Part shown: one piece after another, positions 62,454 to 64,000 of the stretch
Layout: every line of letters begins with the position of its first letter
Numbering within the stretch: the stretch's first letter is position 1
DNA from: a virus
Virus record (IMG/VR): IMGVR_UViG_3300046167_000876
Length of the DNA: 64,000 nucleotides
Reading direction: 5' to 3' (one strand)
The notes under the pieces: generated by a model
What the model was told of the DNA's origin: nothing
The model's database searches: none
Seen by the model: the letters and a program-made list of their open reading frames with translations, nothing else
Translations under genes and position numbers: made by a program

Positions 62454-64000
62454 ATGGCAGAAACATTATTATCTCCAGGTGTATTAGCTAGAGAAAACGA
62501 CCAATCATTTATTACTCAACAACCAGCTGAAATTGGTGCCGCTATTATAGGACCAACAGCATTAGGTCCAGTTGAAGTTCCTACTTTGGTTACTTCATTT
62601 AGTGAATATTCAGCAATTTTTGGTACCACAGTAGAAAGTGCTTCAATAGCATACTCATACTTAACCTCATTAGCAGCAAATAATTATTTCCAAAGTGGTG
62701 GATCTAGTTTATTAGTTACTAGAGTAACTCCAGAAGATTTTACTTCTGCGACAAGCTCATTTATTAGTACAGTAGATGGATCTGGTTTATTAACAGGAGA
62801 TGATAATGCAGCAGCTTTATTTAGTTCTGTAACATCTGTTGGTACAGCATTTACAGGTTCTGGGGTAGTGGTTTACGCAGCACCACAAACTTTTATTGCT
62901 AGTGGTGGTGGAACAGGAGCAACATTTGCTCTTCAAACTAATAATGGAATAGTAACAGGAGTAACTGCTTCTTCCGCAGGAAATGGATATGAAGTAGGAG
63001 ATACAATTACATTTTCAACTAATGATGTAGGTGGTTCTCCATTAGTAGCAACTGAATTAACAGGTTCAGCTACTTTAGGATTTGCAAATGGTAATGATGG
63101 TACTTTTACAGTTACCCAAGGAAACACTTCAACCGCAAACGCAATAGTAAGTGGTGTAAATTCAACAGGAGTAACTGGAGTAACTTTTACAATAACTACA
63201 GCAGGTGGAGATGGAGCCGCTAATATTAGAACTATAACAGCAACAGGGTTAGGAGAAGGAGTTAAAGTAGGAACAATTTTTACAATATCTGCAGCTGCTG
63301 TTAATAATGCAATAGGTGCAGGTTCAGGTACTGGAGATACAGTTATTACAATTCAAGAAGCAGATTTAACTGCTGATACCGCTGTTGTAACATTAGAAGC
63401 AGATAATTTAGCAGATGTAAATCAACCTTTTGAACTAGAAACAATTTCTGAAGGTGCTATAATGAATACAGGAACACAAGAATTAAGTGAAGGAGCATTA
63501 GCAACAGGATCTCGTGAAAATGTACGCTGGTCAGTAGCAAGTGTAAATACTGGTTCAGGAACATTTAGTTTACTTATTCGTAGAGGTGATGATAATGCAA
63601 ATCAACAAGTAGTATTAGAACAATATACTAATGTGTCATTAGACCCATACCAACCAAATTATATCGCAGCTCAAATTGGTGATATTAGTAAACGTTTAGT
63701 AAATGAAGGTGCAGATTACTTTATACAAGAATCAGGATCATATGCTAATTTATCAAGATATGTAAGAGTTAAATCTGTAAATATGAAAACCCCTAATTAT
63801 TTTGATAATAATGGGCAAGCAAAATCTGAATTTACAGGTTCTTTACCAGCTGTTCAATCTGGTTCATTTAATGGAGCAGTAGGAAATAATATTGTATCTG
63901 GTAGAGTTGCTAATTTCTATGATAAAATTGGAGATGGTGTAGCTTTTGATACACAAGGTTTAACAGGTAGTGATTATAATAACGCAATTGCTTTATTAGG
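62454..64000 (+). CDS. gp18: Tail sheath protein (T4 gp18-like), runs off the window end and is absent from the ORF track
   Basis: Hand translation: MAETLLSPGVLARENDQSF..GAAIIGPTALGPVEVPTLVTSFSEYSAIFG..NYFQSGGSSLLVTRV. Confidence 0.9.
   Translation, partial: MAETLLSPGVLARENDQSFITQQPAEIGAAIIGPTALGPVEVPTLVTSFSEYSAIFGTTVESASIAYSYLTSLAANNYFQSGGSSLLVTRVTPEDFTSATSSFISTVDGSGLLTGDDNAAALFSSVTSVGTAFTGSGVVVYAAPQTFIASGGGTGATFALQTNNGIVTGVTASSAGNGYEVGDTITFSTNDVGGSPLVATELTGSATLGFANGNDGTFTVTQGNTSTANAIVSGVNSTGVTGVTFTITTAGGDGAANIRTITATGLGEGVKVGTIFTISAAAVNNAIGAGSGTGDTVITIQEADLTADTAVVTLEADNLADVNQPFELETISEGAIMNTGTQELSEGALATGSRENVRWSVASVNTGSGTFSLLIRRGDDNANQQVVLEQYTNVSLDPYQPNYIAAQIGDISKRLVNEGADYFIQESGSYANLSRYVRVKSVNMKTPNYFDNNGQAKSEFTGSLPAVQSGSFNGAVGNNIVSGRVANFYDKIGDGVAFDTQGLTGSDYNNAIALL

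Noticed and set aside
62933-63127. Minus-strand 64-aa ORF, and other short minus-strand ORFs across the window
   Set aside because: They lie antisense within well-supported + strand genes (here the tail sheath).
1-64000. tRNA, rRNA, intein or integrase/transposase genes
   Set aside because: None recognised by eye, and intergenic gaps are short. A tRNAscan/Infernal run would be needed to exclude small RNAs.

Overview
AT-rich, entirely +-strand segment of a large T4-like (myovirus) phage genome. The host is probably a Bacteroidota/Flavobacteriia bacterium: there are Bacteroidota-type -33/-7 promoters and A-rich leaders without Shine-Dalgarno sequences. Gene order: baseplate-type virion genes (1-4.4 kb); a giant ~3570-aa Gly-X-X (SGT/SGS/DGT) repeat fibre ending in an S74 chaperone (4.4-15.1 kb); GT9-like glycosyltransferase, GIY-YIG nuclease, hydroxylase fusion, primase, exonuclease and three LamG proteins (15.5-22.3 kb); a ~18 kb block of mostly unknown proteins (23.1-41.8 kb); terminase, portal, further core proteins, prohead protease, scaffold, major capsid, PhoH, neck/tail-completion proteins, a 1243-aa multi-domain glycosyltransferase and the start of the tail sheath. 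The best candidate for an undescribed system is the 23-49 kb set of late-promoter genes. They carry shared N-terminal leaders (e.g. MDNFDLKKYLAEG, four near-identical copies) and repeated [ILVM]-x-E junctions between unrelated domains. I infer these are capsid-targeted cargo proteins and polyproteins cut by the gp21-like prohead protease. A second candidate is virion-wide O-glycosylation: an [S/T]-[G/A/S]-S motif recurs in virion surface proteins, and the phage encodes Aah/TibC-like transferases. An unannotated 21-aa, 9-Cys metallothionein-like ORF is also present. Several single-base indels split genes and look like sequencing errors. All homology calls come from motif recognition, not database searches.
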